Source: Antedon mediterranea (taxonomy: Eukaryota; Animalia; Echinodermata). Taken from it: DNA of 64,000 nucleotides. The notes under the pieces were generated by a model, which was not told the DNA's origin, ran no database searches, and was given only the letters and a program-made list of their open reading frames with translations. Location of the stretch: positions 858,201-922,200 of the forward strand of contig NC_092670.1 of NCBI RefSeq assembly GCF_964355755.1, written 5' to 3'. This document shows, piece after piece, positions 14,401 through 28,656 of the stretch (position 1 is its first letter; each line of letters starts with the position of its first letter). The translations under genes and the position numbers were made by a program.

Positions 14401-17400
14401 GGTTCAGTTGAACAGGAATGGCATTTATAAATCTTGTTGTCACTAGTCACTATGGTTAAGTAGTGGTTCAGTTGAAACAGGAATGGCATTTATAAATCTT
14501 TTTGTCACTAGTCACTATGGTTAAGTAGTGGTTCAGTTAAAAACTGAATATTTATTTCTAAAACCAGTTCTTTTTAATTGACTCTGTCTAAAAGTATACA
14601 TAATAATTTTAAACTGAAAAGTTAAGATATTTTGCTAAGCAAGTTCTAACACTGAGGAACGTTGTATGTTACTATATGACCTACTAAATACCAATGTTAT
14701 TCAAACTAACCCACCATTGCTTTATTGATTTGGAAGTTCATTGTAAAATCTTCAAGAGAGAACTTTTTAACTCTTGTAAGATTAACAAACAATTGAGATC
14801 GGACCACCAACAATGGCCTGTCATTTAAGTAGAATACAAAACAACAAAGTACAGTGAAGTGTACTAATTCTGTAGTAGTAGTAATAGTAGTACAGTAGGA
14901 GTAGTAAATTACCACCTGAACAGTTATAACAAGACTTTGGGATCGTAAGATCTAAAGGAGTTACAACTGAGTCGCCATATTTTCTACATTACGTAAATCC
15001 AGAATGTAATCAGTGAAAGATAAAAACAAAACAATTTGTACAGAGTTAAAATGGTACTTTAACATATTGCATAAGGTCAAAGTATAGTGTTAATGAGCTC
15101 TTTTATTTTCAATACAAACAATGAAGATATGAAAAACAACAACAGAAACATTCCAATAAATAAAAGAGTTTCGTTATGTGTAATTAAAACTGTTTTTGTT
15201 CTTTAATCATTTTGCTGTTGAATTAAGTTTCAATTATTTTTAATTTACAGAGAGCATCAAAAACAGCATTGACATCTCATCCAATAAGACCATTGATCAT
15301 AGACCTATAAGTATCTAATGGTTTGATTGTCCTCAGTGAAAAATTCTTCTATTTTGTTGACAGGAAATACCAGAAACTTTTTAAATGAATAGATAAAATA
15401 AACAGACAGAAAAAACTACATGCAACTATCTATTTTTGTAAAAAAAAACAATACACAGTCAAGCAATTTAGGTGAGATGCATTGTGAACAAAATAATCTA
15501 CCATTAAACTTTGCACTGATCATCATAAGAAGTGCACAAAACATTAAGATAATTATGGTACACTAAAGTATACATTAGAGAGATAGATAAGATGAAGAAT
15601 ACAAGTCTACATGAATAATAATTAAGTTCTAAATTTGAAAACACTTGGAAACAAATGCAAACAAAATGATTGAATATGAACCAAAAACAGCATAATAATA
15701 AGCGCTAAAAATATCTCTAAAATATTCCGTATAAAACGCTTTTGCATACCTCTGATGTGTAAGGTCTATAGTAAGCAGTGGCCATATTACTATCATGAAC
15801 AGTATATCCAATTAAAATCAAACATCAGATTGATAGAAAATAAATTGAAACAAGACTGAAAAACAACAGGTAAACTGATAAGTTAGAATTCACACTGATT
15901 TTTCTGATAAATATTTCGCTTCAGGTAACACAAATGGGACAGTTAGGGGTCAAAGTTTATAACTATTATATTAATAATAGAAAGGGAAGTTTACAGGTAT
16001 CTTAGCAACAAGTATGTTAGACTGATCCATTATTTATGTAGGGGGTGTAAACACTTGGAAGCAGGTGTTTTTAATGCAGATTATTAATCAGTTTATGCAC
16101 ATATCATTTCACAAGAGACATAATTACACATATTAGAATCATTTATTACTATTGGAATTAACATAGATGATAATTATAAACCAAATGCTAAGGTTATAAA
16201 AACTGATCTAAAAATACACACTTTCCAAAATTCAATTTTCGGACGTCCACTTCAGTGGAAGAAAAAATTATTCTATGAATGAAAGGTTTAAAGATATGTC
16301 TATGCTTTTTCTTTAAACATAAATGTTAATATCTTGAGCAATAAATTGGTGGTACACTTAGTCTACTTAATACCTGATACTAATATTGAACAAAAGAAAG
16401 GATATGTTGGCTTTTCATGATTTTATTGATTTCAGTTTTTGTGCAATACGTTCCTTATTGTGCAATTGCAAAGTTAAAAATAAAAATGATTAATATGTGC
16501 ATATTTTTTAGTAACTCAATTATATCTTGATATGGATTCTGCAGTTTTGACAGATACTCTCTCTCTTGATGAATCTTAATCATATAAATCAACAAATCTA
16601 ATAAAGTTATGCAATAATATCTACATATTATACACATTGTCCAATTACTTTTCTAATATATTGTCCAATTACTTTTAGATATTGTTTGTCCCTGAATGAT
16701 TAATCCACTTGACTTTCACAAATTCAGCCAAATCATGAATATCTTGACATAATGATGAATCAATATTAATTAGTGTTTGGAACAATTAAACATGAAGCTT
16801 GGATAGACAAATGAATGAAGGTTTCATGGATTGATAATTATTGGCAAATTCAATACACCCACAGTTTGTGAATTTAAAAGAAAATTTAAAAGTATCTTCA
16901 TTCTTATGAAAATGAGAAAAAATAAATAAACAGACAACAAAAGAATGTTTAATGAAATTATGTAAATAATGTTTGCATACTAGGCATATAAATAGTAATG
17001 TTTGTTGTGAGGTGGTTTCCCGAATGATCGTAAAATCAAAACGGTACTGGGTATGACCGACTAGCGTTCTTGTCACCAACTAGTCATCCATTCATATAAG
17101 TACTGATGTAGTAGCCTATCTGTACGGTGACCATAAAATAATCTACCATTAAACTTCTCAATAATCCATCAAGAGAAGTGCACAAAACATTAAGACAATA
17201 TTATGGTAATGTAATAGAGATAGAGAAGATGGAGAATACAAGTCTAAATGAATAATAAATATCATATTCTTATGTACCATTAAAGATGTATTGTCCCCCT
17301 GAAAAAACAATTCTTAAACACATCTTTGTTGAATATTCCATTTTAATGTAACATAATAAATAATAATTGACTTTGACCAAAAATTTGACCGAAAAAAATG

Positions 17401-20400
17401 TATTTACCTGAAAAAATGTAATTTAAAGCAAAACATGGTCAAATTGGCTGCCAGCCAATGGATTTTTGGTTGAATTTAACCATTTATTTTGTCATTTTAT
17501 AAGTGAAAACATTTTTTTTCCGGTTTTTTTTCTTTGGAAGTGTACTTCATTAAAACTACAAAATAACATATTCAAAGTGTGAAATAATTAATCTTCATTT
17601 TCCATGTTTTTGGGGGACAATGCATATTTAGCAGTAATTTTATTTATAGTAGTAATTGTATAGATATATCTTTAAATAATAATGTACAGTATCTTTTTTT
17701 TTTAACAAATTGTCTTTTTACATAGGGTTTGTAACATCATGTTTTTTGTATATTTAAATTTTAAAGGACCACAATTGCCTATTATTCCACTTTCATTTCA
17801 ATATATTTGAAATTTATTAAAAAAAAATCACAAAAAACTTACCATTTTTTTAGGTCTTGTTTTTGGTGGTGAATGTATCACTTTGTTGTTATACAATGGT
17901 ATGGGTAATGGTGTCTGTCCATCTCTAAATGGAATTTTTGACTCTACCAGTACTGTCTCTTGTGGTGTTGGAAGTCTTGGAGGGGACTTCTTTGGCGGGA
18001 GACGCATTAGGGATGGTTGCTTTTGTGGTGAACGTGGAAGTACTCTCTCAGCTTCCATTGAGAAGCTCTCTAACTTTGGAAGATCATTTACGTAGCTGGC
18101 GTTTAGAAGAGAAGTTGGATGCTAAAACACAATAAATAGTGCTGTCATATTAAACTCTTCTTTTGAAATAAAAACTCTATAAAGTGATGTAAAATAGTGG
18201 GTAAAAGAGTTTAAAACAAAAGGACATGAAAAATACGGTGAGGAAAAAAAAAAATCAAATAATTGATGTGCAAGAGAGGAAAGACGGTCGTATACTGTAG
18301 TAATCATGAACCCCTTTGGAAAAAAAAAGACATTTTTGACATAATAATGATTAACAAACAATCAGTTATTTTTCTTTAGTTTTTAATATCGAGAATTTTA
18401 CTATTGTAGTAAATGATTCTAACTTGAAGAATGTATTAATTACCTCTTCTGAAATAAGTCGTAGAATGAGATTAACAGCTGGTACGTGGTTGTTCTCAGT
18501 TTCCAAACTCGTCTCCTAAAACAATTAAACACATTTACAGCAAATATCAAACAGTAATTCATTAGGAGTTTCTTTTTTGAGAAAGTGCTTAATTTTATAA
18601 AAATGTTAAACTTCTTATTTTGTATATAATAAAATTAGATTGTGTTAGTAAAACACAAAAATAAAGATTGTTTTGTGTGCAATATCATATTATTATTTGG
18701 CAAACAAGGCAGTTCAAACTTATATAAATCCAATTTCAACCAAATAGATTTGTACAGTACACACACTTAAATTGAAAACAATTGGATTTGTGTTTAGCTA
18801 AAGACACGATCTACTACAAACAATTGAATTAGGTGTTTGCACAAAATATTTATTTGCTAAATAAATTTACAAGAGGTTAAATAGAAAATATGTTTTATAG
18901 TATACATATTGACCTGTTGTATAGAGCATTTAAAATACTACGTAATAACTGGATTAATGATAACTTACAAACTAATAATATTACATTAATCTATATTTTC
19001 ATCTTTCACCCCATGAAATATTAGTACCGTTGCACTCATAAAGTTTATTATTTGTATACTAATCACTGGACCAATGATCACTTACAAACCAACAATTGCA
19101 TATTCATTTATGAGAGCCACATAGAGTAAATCAATTTATTTACATATTTATAATACTGCATATATCATTAGCTTAATAAATAGAGAGCAGGCTGATTCGG
19201 TCAAAGTACATGTGGAATGAATTAATGCATATAGTCATACTATAATGACCAATTTTAAAACATTTGTGCTCTAACGCCTTTCTACACTTCATGTATATTT
19301 ATTCTTCTACCCATGTGAATTAAAGAAATTATATTCCTGAATCTTTTAGACACCTTCTGAACCCAACAAAGTGTCCCCTGATTATGGATTGGTAGTGTTA
19401 ACATATATACCTGTACAGCCCGCGAAATTTACCTCGGCATTCGGCAATGCCGAGGTAAATGCCGAGGTCCTGCTAGCTTACCACGGCATTGATTTGCCGA
19501 GGCTCTTTTTATTGATTTAGGCCTTGGAGTAAAATCAAGGCTACCACATACACAGCAAATAGATAGTTTTATGCCTACTGTATTACAGTTTTTTTCAAAT
19601 TTACCTTCGTTACAAGTGAATTAAATATATCTTTAAATATTTGTACTGTACGTTGGAGCTATTATTAGGCCTAGGCCTAGACCGCTCCGGCGTTTACAAC
19701 AACAACGAACCACGCTCAGCAGCTCTATCGTCGTATGATGTGAGTTTAGTGAGGCATGACAAATCACAAAAAATGCCGACGTGTTGCCGAGGTGGGCTTC
19801 GTTTACGTCGGCATTTTTTTGCCGAGCTCATTTCGTCCCAATTTCGAGGGCTGCCTGTATAGTGCCCCTTGTTAACATATATACCTGTATAGTGGCCCTT
19901 GTTAACATATTATATACCTGTATAGTGCCCCTTGTTAACATATATACCTGTATAGTGCCCCTTGTTAACATATTATATACCTGTATAGTGCCCCTTGTTA
20001 ACATATTATATACCTGTATAGTGCCCCTTGTTAACATATATACCTGTATAGTGCCCCTTGTTAACATATATACCTGTATAGTGCCCCTTGTTAACATATA
20101 TACCTGTATAGTGGCCCTTGTTAACATATATATACCTGTATAGTGGCCCTTGTTAACATATATCTACCTGTATAGTGCCCCTTGTTAACATATATACCTG
20201 TATAGTGCCCCTTGTTAACATATATACCTGTATAGTGCCCCTTGTTAACATATATACCTGATTAGTGCCCCTTGTTAACATATATACCTGTATAGTGCCC
20301 CTTGTTAACATATATACCTGTATAGTGCCCCTTGTTAACATATATACCTGTAAAGTGCCCCTTGTTAACATATATACCTGTATAGTGCCCCTTGTTAACA

Positions 20401-23400
20401 TATATACCTGTATAGTGCCCCTTGTTTTTTTTTTCTTGGGTTCAGTTTGGTATACTAAATGAGGTGTTTTACTGTAGTAAATGATGATGTTAACCATAAC
20501 TATTGTAGGCAGGTAAATGTTTAGGCATCCTAACTCTCATCACATAAGACTTGATAACCACGCTGTACTTACTCTTATGGACAGGTTTTCGACACGGATA
20601 CCTTTTCTACCACGTTCAGATCTGAGAGCATTGAAGACATGCTTGTTGAGCAACATTGTTGAATATCCAAGACTTTTACTCAAATACCATTTATTGCTTT
20701 CAAAAACTTTAAAAAAAAAAGATGCACAATTACTGACTTTTTAATATTTTCGTTGATCTATAGTTCCACATTATTTGGTTAAACCCAGGAAATCCAACAA
20801 CAGGATGCTGAGCTCTGGAGATCAAAGTGTTTATATGTGGCTGTGATACAATCAGTTCTATCAGTACTATTGGTATTTGTCGTAGCAAAACATAATATCA
20901 AAGGATGTGTTCCTATCTTGGCAAAGCGAGCTCAGTGTCCTGTTGTTAGATTGCCTTGGTTAACTTACATAAAAGACGGTAAGAAAAGTTACTATTGTAA
21001 CAAGACAGCAGTAGACACATGCCTACTACCTGATACATACCTGAGATTACACTGTAGTATTCAATGACAAGAGCAGAGACGGCAGTGAAGGTGGATGCCA
21101 TTTGACGAGCTTCACAAAAGAGGAGTTGCTGGTTCCAGTTTGATTGGTCATCCAGTGGAAGTGAAATCTGAGGAAAATAATAATAAACAAATTATTGCAC
21201 TACAGAGTTAAATTTTTTTTCCTTTTGCCATTTAAAGAAATTTGTTCAATTCAAGTACATGGGGCTTGCTAATACAAAATATATTGACCATAATAAAAGA
21301 TATTTATTTCTTCTTTCAAAAGCAAAGTAGACATATTTCCGAAATTTTAGTAGAGTTTTAATATAAAGTATATGTTATAATAATTGTATACATATACTTC
21401 AATAAAACTTGCATTTGTCAACACTCACCTGTGGATTGGTATGTTTTAAATTGGATGGACTAAAGTCTAGCTCTTGGACTGGACAGAGAACAGGACGAGG
21501 GTGAAGCTCACTGAAATGATGGTTCACCTCATGGTCCTTTCTGTTAACAAAAAATTTTGATAAATGTAGTTGATCATTGTGTGCTGCCAATTTTTTAAAT
21601 GATTGTTATTAAAATTAATTATTGTTAATCATTATGCTGTTTAGAAGTTGCTGTTAACTTTCAGAGAAGTAATTAGTTTTATGCAAATTAGTTTATGTAA
21701 ATTAGTTTTATGAAAATTAGTTTATGTAAATTAGTTTTATGCAATTCCTCACCTCAAAGCATAATAATTTGGCACGATTCTTACAACAGCCATCACAGGA
21801 CAAGATAAGTTTGATATTGCACGAGAAAATGAGCATAGGGTAATTTCAACACCATTGTACACAAGTGCATCAAAGAGCTGCAATCGGCATGTACGTCGTA
21901 GTACAGACACATACAAATGTGTTTCATATCCTACACCCTCCTGAAAAAGAAAGTCATTAGGAGTGAAGAAACAAAATCCATTTGGGCAGGTGACAATATT
22001 GTTAATATATAAATAGTATTAGTACATATTTCAAATTCCAAGACAATAAAAAGATTTAGGATTAGGATCTTTCCTCAGTAGAAACATAATACTTAACTCA
22101 AGTTGATACAAATCGGGTTTTCCCCCCCTTATGTTACAAAAAGATCTTAGCTCTGACCCTCTTGTTTTATCTACTCTAAACACACACCTTAAATTTTACT
22201 CCAAGGATTTTTTTGCACACACGCCCCTAGTTTGGAACCATCTTCCACTCCATATTCGTCAATGTAAATTTCTTAAGCAATTCAAGTAAAAAATCTCACC
22301 TCTTTCAATAAGTTGGTCTTTTAATGCTGTGGGACATCAGTAAATAGTGCTTTATAAAAGTTTTATTATTATTATTATTACAACAAAACTCACCTGAATG
22401 AGATCCAAGTGGTACTGGTAAAAAGGCTGCAGGTAAACAAACGGTAGTGAAAACCTAATCAAGGTCTTCTTACTTGTTAGGTCAATGACCAACAGAACAA
22501 CAACTAAAAACAAAAAAAAAGCATAAATCTCAATATTCTACATCAAAAAAAAAACATTGCTTTTTAATGAAAAAGACAATGTAGTATCAAACCTTGAAAT
22601 GCAATAATTTATATTTTTTTAATCGAACTGTGAATTCCATATAAAAATATACATGATCAAAAGCTAGATCGAACCTGGAAACTCTTTCTTGTAAGAGTTT
22701 CTACACCACTTGACCACCCACTAATTTAAGCACATGTCTATATTTTGTCTAAAGTCATGATCAGACAAGAACATAATAATGCTTATGGTTTATTTATATG
22801 CTTATTTGTTCTATTGTTTTTTTTTATTTCTGTCAAGTATTATTGTAAACCATATCTGAATAAATGAAATTGAACCTGCAGCAATACATGCATGCTAAAT
22901 AAAATAAGTGTACCTTCTGTATCTGCATCTTCTTCTTGTGTTGTTATGACAACTGTGTTTTCCCAACTTGGAAAACTTGTTGCAGACGTTGCTATGCTTG
23001 TTGTTTGTTGAGGAGCAATCCCTGCTTCTTCTTCAGATTTTGTTGTTCTTAAATAGAATATAAACCATGACTTTAACCCATCAACAACAACAAAAAAACT
23101 GTACATATTACTAGCTAAATGGATTTTGAAGACATTTTGAAAAGAATTGTATTGACTAAGACCCTAAAACCTTACTTTCCTGACATTAAAAGGTGCAATA
23201 CTAAGATGTATAAAGAACATTACTACTAGCACATACTGTATATTTTTGCTCATGTTTAAAAAAAACTTTGTTATTAACAACTTGCTAAATAGAAATTGAT
23301 AACTAATAAAAAAAACGTACCCCGCAACATATGGCAGAGGTGGGTCTGAATCCTGTGAAACTTTTGGAAGTCCACTGGCAGCATGCACATGAACTATGAC

Positions 23401-24660
23401 TTCTTCTTTACCAAGTTTTGAAACAATTTGTCTACGATAATTTTGAGAACCTTTTGTCTTTGGCAATATTTTCTTCTTCTTCTAACAAAAAAAATGGCAA
23501 CATTAGCTAACTAAAGAGTTTATTACTAGTACTTCGTTGTCATTATCTAATTATTATAGAAGTCAGATGAAATTTTGTTTAAATATCATTTTTGTTAAGC
23601 ATAATTCCACATAATCACTTGGGACACTTTTGTCTTTATCAACATTAATTAAAGTAATTATAAAATAATAAAAAAAAATGTTTACTTGAACATCTTGCTT
23701 TGGTGCTGTTTCCACAGGAATCAGAGGAGGTAGTGGTGGGACTGATTCTAGTGTTGTTTTAACATCTTCAGGTTCTGGTGTTGGTGTTTTCGGTTCTTGT
23801 TCAGGCTCTGGTGTTGGCTCTTTAATTGGTTCGGGTGTTGGCTCTTTAATCGGCTCAGGTTCTGGACTTGGTTCAGGAGTTGGCTCAACTTCAATAACCT
23901 TAAGCGTGTAACTCCAAATAATGCGACCAACATGAATAGAAATATCTTCATCTAAGAGCTTGCTGGTTAAGTTGAGACTGTTCCTGGTCGTGTTCTTCAA
24001 AATTTTATTGGAATCAGGGTTTGGAAGGTTAGCAGGAGATTGAAAGATGAGCACACGAGATGAAGCTACCTTTGCTTGAGTATCCTCAGCTTTAGCAATA
24101 TCAACCAAAAGTAAGAGTGAGGAGTTATCCTCTTGTGTAAAAGCACCTTTAGTTTAAAAAAAATATTAAACGTTACCATAAAGGTATCTATATAACAGAC
24201 ATTTTTAGTGGAATATAAGCACATATCTTAGTCTTAAAACAGTGATCATATTCTGTTTTAGATATTTACCAACAGCTAGAGTACAAACTTAGAGGCAACA
24301 CATAGGCATTGCCCTGCAACACTAAGTAAAGCAAAAAGAAAATGGCATTATTAAAAACATTTTACAAAACAATAATTGATACAGTATGTACTTATATACA
24401 TTACCCTTTGGAATGTAAAATGTCACATTCTTCTGAAATTTCACCACTTTTCTCAAAAGGTCATCAGTTACTTCAATATGACCTAAGTTCGTATGATAAC
24501 CTTGTTCCTTTTCTTTATTTTCAACTTCAACAAAAACTCCATTTAATTTCTCTTTATCTGAACTTTCTAATGCTAAAGCAACAGAAAATGTACCGGCAAT
24601 GTTTAAACTCACTTCACTGAGTTCTACATAAAACTCTAGTTCAACATGGTCAGAATTCAT
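8493..24660 (-). CDS. CCDC33: CCDC33-like protein (C2-like domains plus C-terminal coiled coil), 20 coding exons, about 1044 aa
   Basis: Hand-built GT-AG model: 24660-24405, 24146-23686, 23481-23321, 23047-22914, 22503-22394, 21940-21753, 21540-21429, 21167-21041, 20706-20573, 18515-18444, 18121-17843, 12095-11920, 11705-11615, 11170-11005, 10761-10673, 10340-10151, 9999-9908, 9811-9725, 9452-9339, 8588-8493 (3135 nt, divisible by 3). Peptides VIVHVHAASGLP, VVRIVPNY, SALVIEYYS, LQNELIRHNDREKE, ENARKWGQEKEDL follow recalled vertebrate CCDC33 in order. Confidence 0.88.
8880..9200 (+). mobile_element. tRNA-derived SINE with Deu/Nin-type core, in last intron of the CCDC33-like gene
   Basis: Partial A box (gagcggttaagac), B-box-like ggttcgaggc, core gataaggactataaaccgtaggtcc...ttaaagaacc...ttcgcgacgagtagggggttaccccggtgt resembling the AmnSINE1/DeuSINE core, (tcaa)n tail. 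Confidence 0.75.
13176..13670. repeat. 21-bp minisatellite (ctaagtctccattgctctaaa)n, about 23 copies, intronic
   Basis: Read directly; explains the spurious 201-aa ORF. Confidence 0.95.
14277..14540. repeat. about 65-bp tandem repeat x4 (aacaggaatggcatttataaatcttgttgtcactagtcactatggttaagtagtggttcagtt)
   Basis: Four near-identical copies. Confidence 0.95.
17284..17627. mobile_element. MITE with AG termini at TTAA (Kolobok-like)
   Basis: ttaa|agatgtattgtcccc ... ggggacaatgcatat|ttag; a related partial copy ends ggggacaatacatct|ttaa at 54416. Confidence 0.7.
19416..19853. mobile_element. 438-bp MITE, 14-bp TIR, 6-bp TSD (hAT6-like)
   Basis: cctgta|cagcccgcgaaatt ... aatttcgagggctg|cctgta; subterminal gccgagg/cctcggc motifs. 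Confidence 0.85.
19854..20425. repeat. 30-33-bp minisatellite (gtgccccttgttaacatatatacctgtata)n, about 18 copies
   Basis: Read directly; first partial unit lies at 19396-19415, left of the MITE. Confidence 0.95.
21672..21745. repeat. 15-16-bp repeat (aattagttttatgca/aattagtttatgtaa) x5
   Basis: Read directly. Confidence 0.8.
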
Positions 24661-24884
24661 TGCATCTCATTAATTTATTCTGAAATTTAAAGCAAGTAGA
24701 TACAGTAGTCAGTTTCAGGTGTGGTCTCAATTTCATCAAATAATAAATGAACAAAGATTTTCTTGATTCCATTTTTTAATTTAATCAAGCAGAACACTAA
24801 CAATTTTTAAAAGAATTATTTCGTATTAAAGAAAAAATGTTCTAATGTTTGATTAATTAATTTTTAAATTGAAACATTCATCAT

Positions 24885-25340
24885 TCCTAAATAATATTAA
24901 ACATTCATCCTAAATAATATTAAACATTCATCCTAAATAATATTAAACATTCATCCTAAATAATATTAAACATTCATCCTAAATAATATTAAACATTCAT
25001 CCTAAATAATATTAAACATTCATCCTAAATAATATTAAACATTCATCCTAAATAATATTAAACATTCATCCTAAATAATATTAAACATTCATCCTAAATA
25101 ATATTAAACATTCATCCTAAATAATATTAAACATTCATCCTAAATAATATTAAACATTCATCCTAAATAATATTAAACATTCATCCTAAATAATATTAAA
25201 CATTCATCCTAAATAATATTAAACATTCATCCTAAATAATATTAAACATTCATCCTAAATAATATTAAACATTCATCCTAAATAATATTAAACATTCATC
25301 CTAAATAATATTAAACATTCATCCTAAATAATATTAAACC
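24885..25340. repeat. 23-bp minisatellite (aaacattcatcctaaataatatt)n, about 19 copies
   Basis: Perfect tandem array. Confidence 0.95.
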
Positions 25341-25345
25341 ATTAA

Positions 25346-25944
25346 AGACACCTCCCTACGTTTTTTAGATCTAATTTAAGATTCAATTCAAAAAATTATA
25401 TTTCATGTAAAAATAATACTATTGCGATAACTTTTTTCATCTTTAAATGGTTAAAAATGTGAAAAATAAGTCGATTCTAATAATTATAGCGGCCAGCTAT
25501 AAATCCTAAAATGCATTGCGCGTGGATTGATATTTCTGTTTTTCTTCTGTAATTCTCCCACTTATCGATCGATCGTGTGGCCAAAACAAATGGAAGACTC
25601 CTAACTTTTCAAAATAAAAAAATAATACCGGGTGTTCCCCAATTTGTATCAACAGAGTGTGGCAAAAATGGAAAGACAATTAATGCAGCAACTATACAAC
25701 GTCAGGCTAGGTATAGCTAGCATACAATGTTCGTACGTTACCGATATTTACCAGCTAGGCCTACAAAACTAAACCTAGCTAGGCTAGGCCTAAAGACCGT
25801 CCACGAGAGGTCATGTTTCTCACTTTTTTATCATAATTTACCATAAAACGTACATTAAGACAAGGAATGACCTGGTTTAATGTTTTTAAAGTAATAAATA
25901 TGTATTATTTTTACAAAACGTCACCAATTGTAGGGAAGGTGTCT
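25346..25944. mobile_element. MITE with AG termini and TTAA TSD (Kolobok-like)
   Basis: ttaa|agacacctccctac ... gtagggaaggtgtct|ttaa. Confidence 0.75.
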
Positions 25945-27946
25945 TTAAGCCAGTGTTGGCCTAGGAATATATTCCAAAATTTATTTATTATTAACCTTAC
26001 AACACAAGGCCCAAACATACTACTACTAGTACTAGAACAAAACTGAGAATGCCAATTAATGATGAAGGGAGAAGCTAAAAGTAACAGCATAACAACAAAT
26101 ATCCAGCCACCCCAAAACACAAAAGAGAAATTAAAAAAAAGCAAAGACAATAGTACAGTATCTCCACTTCAGCGCCTATATAGGCCTGTTCCTCCTACAC
26201 ACAGTTTCTAGCCAGGCCTATCCCCCTCTATTTTTTCATCACTTGCTGCAGTCAGTCCGACTACTACTAGCTAGGCCTCCTTGGCGCGCCTGCCTGGCCT
26301 AAACTTACTCAATACTAGGCTAGCTTATAGAAACAATTATGCGCTATCAACTTAAGAGAAACCCAATGTAGAAAATGTAAGTAGTGTGTGCTGTATTTTT
26401 ATACCCAGACCTAGGCTGCTCACTGTACCTATACTCTGTTAGTTTCTAAATAAACCCTTACTTACCACCCCAACTCTCCTTCACACTACTCCGCAGCATG
26501 GCCACCATGAGCAAAAACTTTGGCCAAAGGTTATAAATTTAGCTCCACCCACTAGATCCTACGCGTCCATGCTATTGCTAAGCGACGAAGTGTGAAACAT
26601 GGTGTCTAAACATGTAAATATGTATTTATTTTAAGAACGCAACGTCGTGTCACCGTAAAGGTGTAGCTTCAATAAATATTTATTATAAATTATTATATAT
26701 CTAAGATAAGATTCTTTGAATTGTATATATTTTTTTAAATATATTTTAACATATTCAATTTCGTCGTCACAAAAATACAATTGCAATTTAAATCTTCTAA
26801 TCGTATCCGGATATTCACCCCCTGGACATTTACCTCCGGAAAACTACCCCCCGGACAACCACCACCTGGACCACTACCCCCTTAGGACAACTACCCCTTT
26901 AGGACAACTACCCCCTTAGGACAACAACCCCCTTAGGACAACAACCCCCTTAGGACAACTACCCCCTGAACAACTACCCCCCCCCCCGGACAATTACCCC
27001 CTAGGAACAATTATCCCCCGGACAATAACCCCCCCCCCCCCCGGACAATTACCCCCCTCCCGGGTAATTACCCCGCGGACAACTACCTCTGACACAATAC
27101 TCCCCGTAGGACAACTACTTCCTGGACAATACTCCGAGGGCAAATAATCTTTTAGGACAACTACCTCCGTAGGACAAATAACCCCTGGACAACTACCCCC
27201 CGGACAATTACCCCTAGGAACAATTACCCCCCCCCCCCTCCCCCGGGTAATTACCCCGCGGACAACTACCTCTGACACAATACTCCCCGTAGGACAACTA
27301 CCTCCTGGACCTGGACAATACTCCGAGGGCAAATAATCTTTTAGGACAACTACCTTCGTAGGACAACTAACCCCTGGACAACTACCACCCAGAAAACTAT
27401 CCCTTTAGAACAACTACCCCCGGACGGACAACTACCACCCAGACCATTCAACAACCTGACTCTGCAACAGTGTATAATAGGAATTAATAAATATATTTTA
27501 ATTCGTTACTTTGACGAATTACTATTCATTATTGTAAACAAAAGTAAAAGATTGAACATAAATATAGCCTGGTATAAACTGAAGATTGTCACACATGATC
27601 ATAGGATAGTCGAACGTATTATATAGTACTCCCTGTATTTACTGTAAAGACTGGGTTCACTAATAATAATAATAATTTTTGCGTCAGGACAATGCTTCGA
27701 TAACCACTGGTCTTAAAAGAATTAATTTTTGTCTCAAATTTGTCATATATGTATTTTTGTACACTTGAAGAATAATATCACTTTTGATATTTGACCTCAA
27801 TGTTCACTCACCGAATGAACGGCGATCTTTAAATAAATTCCCCTCAAATAAACGGTGACCATGTCACTCCCATGAAACATCATATGGAATAATCGGCGTC
27901 TATTTCCATTAGATTATACCCCCTCCCATTGAATAAATGTATAGAG

Positions 27947-28030
27947 TGGAGCTGTGGCTTGGTGGTTATGATGCTTGGCTACCAATCTAAGGGTCCTGGG
28001 TTCAAGCCCTGTCATATGTCAGGGTTTTTT
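27947..28030 (+). mobile_element. tRNA-derived SINE head or tRNA pseudogene fragment
   Basis: A-box-like tggcttggtggt, B-box-like ggttcaagccc, followed by a T tract; stems imperfect. Confidence 0.5.
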
Positions 28031-28329
28031 TCTCATGACAATTTACAACTCCACTCCCAAAGACTTAATAATAAGTCTTTGTTTATGTAGAGCATCTTGT
28101 GTATATTTTTTTTTACTTGTGAAATTATTAAATAGTTTATCCATCCTGTAATTTGGCGGGTTACTCGCTGTTGGATGAGTATGAAATAAAAAAAACCAAA
28201 AAAAAACCAACTTTCTTCCAATAAATGTACACCTAAAAACCCCCTAAACAATATATTTTCAATAAATACGGTACTTTAAATCTATAGAGGGTCTAGCGTG
28301 CTGTTAAAACAGAATAATCGGTTAAAAAC

Positions 28330-28656
28330 GGGTGTTTCGAAACTAGAGACCCAATACGAAAAGAGAGACCTAAATATACGAAAAGGGAGACCCACGTACG
28401 AAAATGGAGACCCACTATACGAAAAGGGAGACCTAAATATACGAAAAGGGAGACCCAAATATACGAAAAGGGAGACCCAAATATACAAAATGGGAGACCC
28501 AAATATACGAAAAGGGAGACCCCACTATACGAAAAGAGAGACCACACTATACGAAAAGGGAGACCCTAATATACGAAAAAGGGAGACCCAAATATAGGTC
28601 TCCCTTTTCGTATTGGGTCTCGTGTCTGGTCTCGGGTCTCTAGTTTCGAAACACCC
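28330..28656. mobile_element. Mutator-like MITE, 9-bp TSD, internal (atacgaaaagggagaccc)n repeats
   Basis: gttaaaaac|gggtgtttcgaaactagagaccc ... gggtctctagtttcgaaacaccc|gttaaaaac. Confidence 0.88.

Noticed and set aside
19781-20497. Repetitive ORFs (LVNIYTCIVP / MLTRGTIQVY)
   Set aside because: Products of the 30-bp minisatellite.
27947-28030. Functional tRNA gene
   Set aside because: Stems do not pair cleanly and it lies inside a transposon.
26994-28597. Gly/Pro-rich and GDP-repeat ORFs
   Set aside because: Translations of transposon subterminal repeats.
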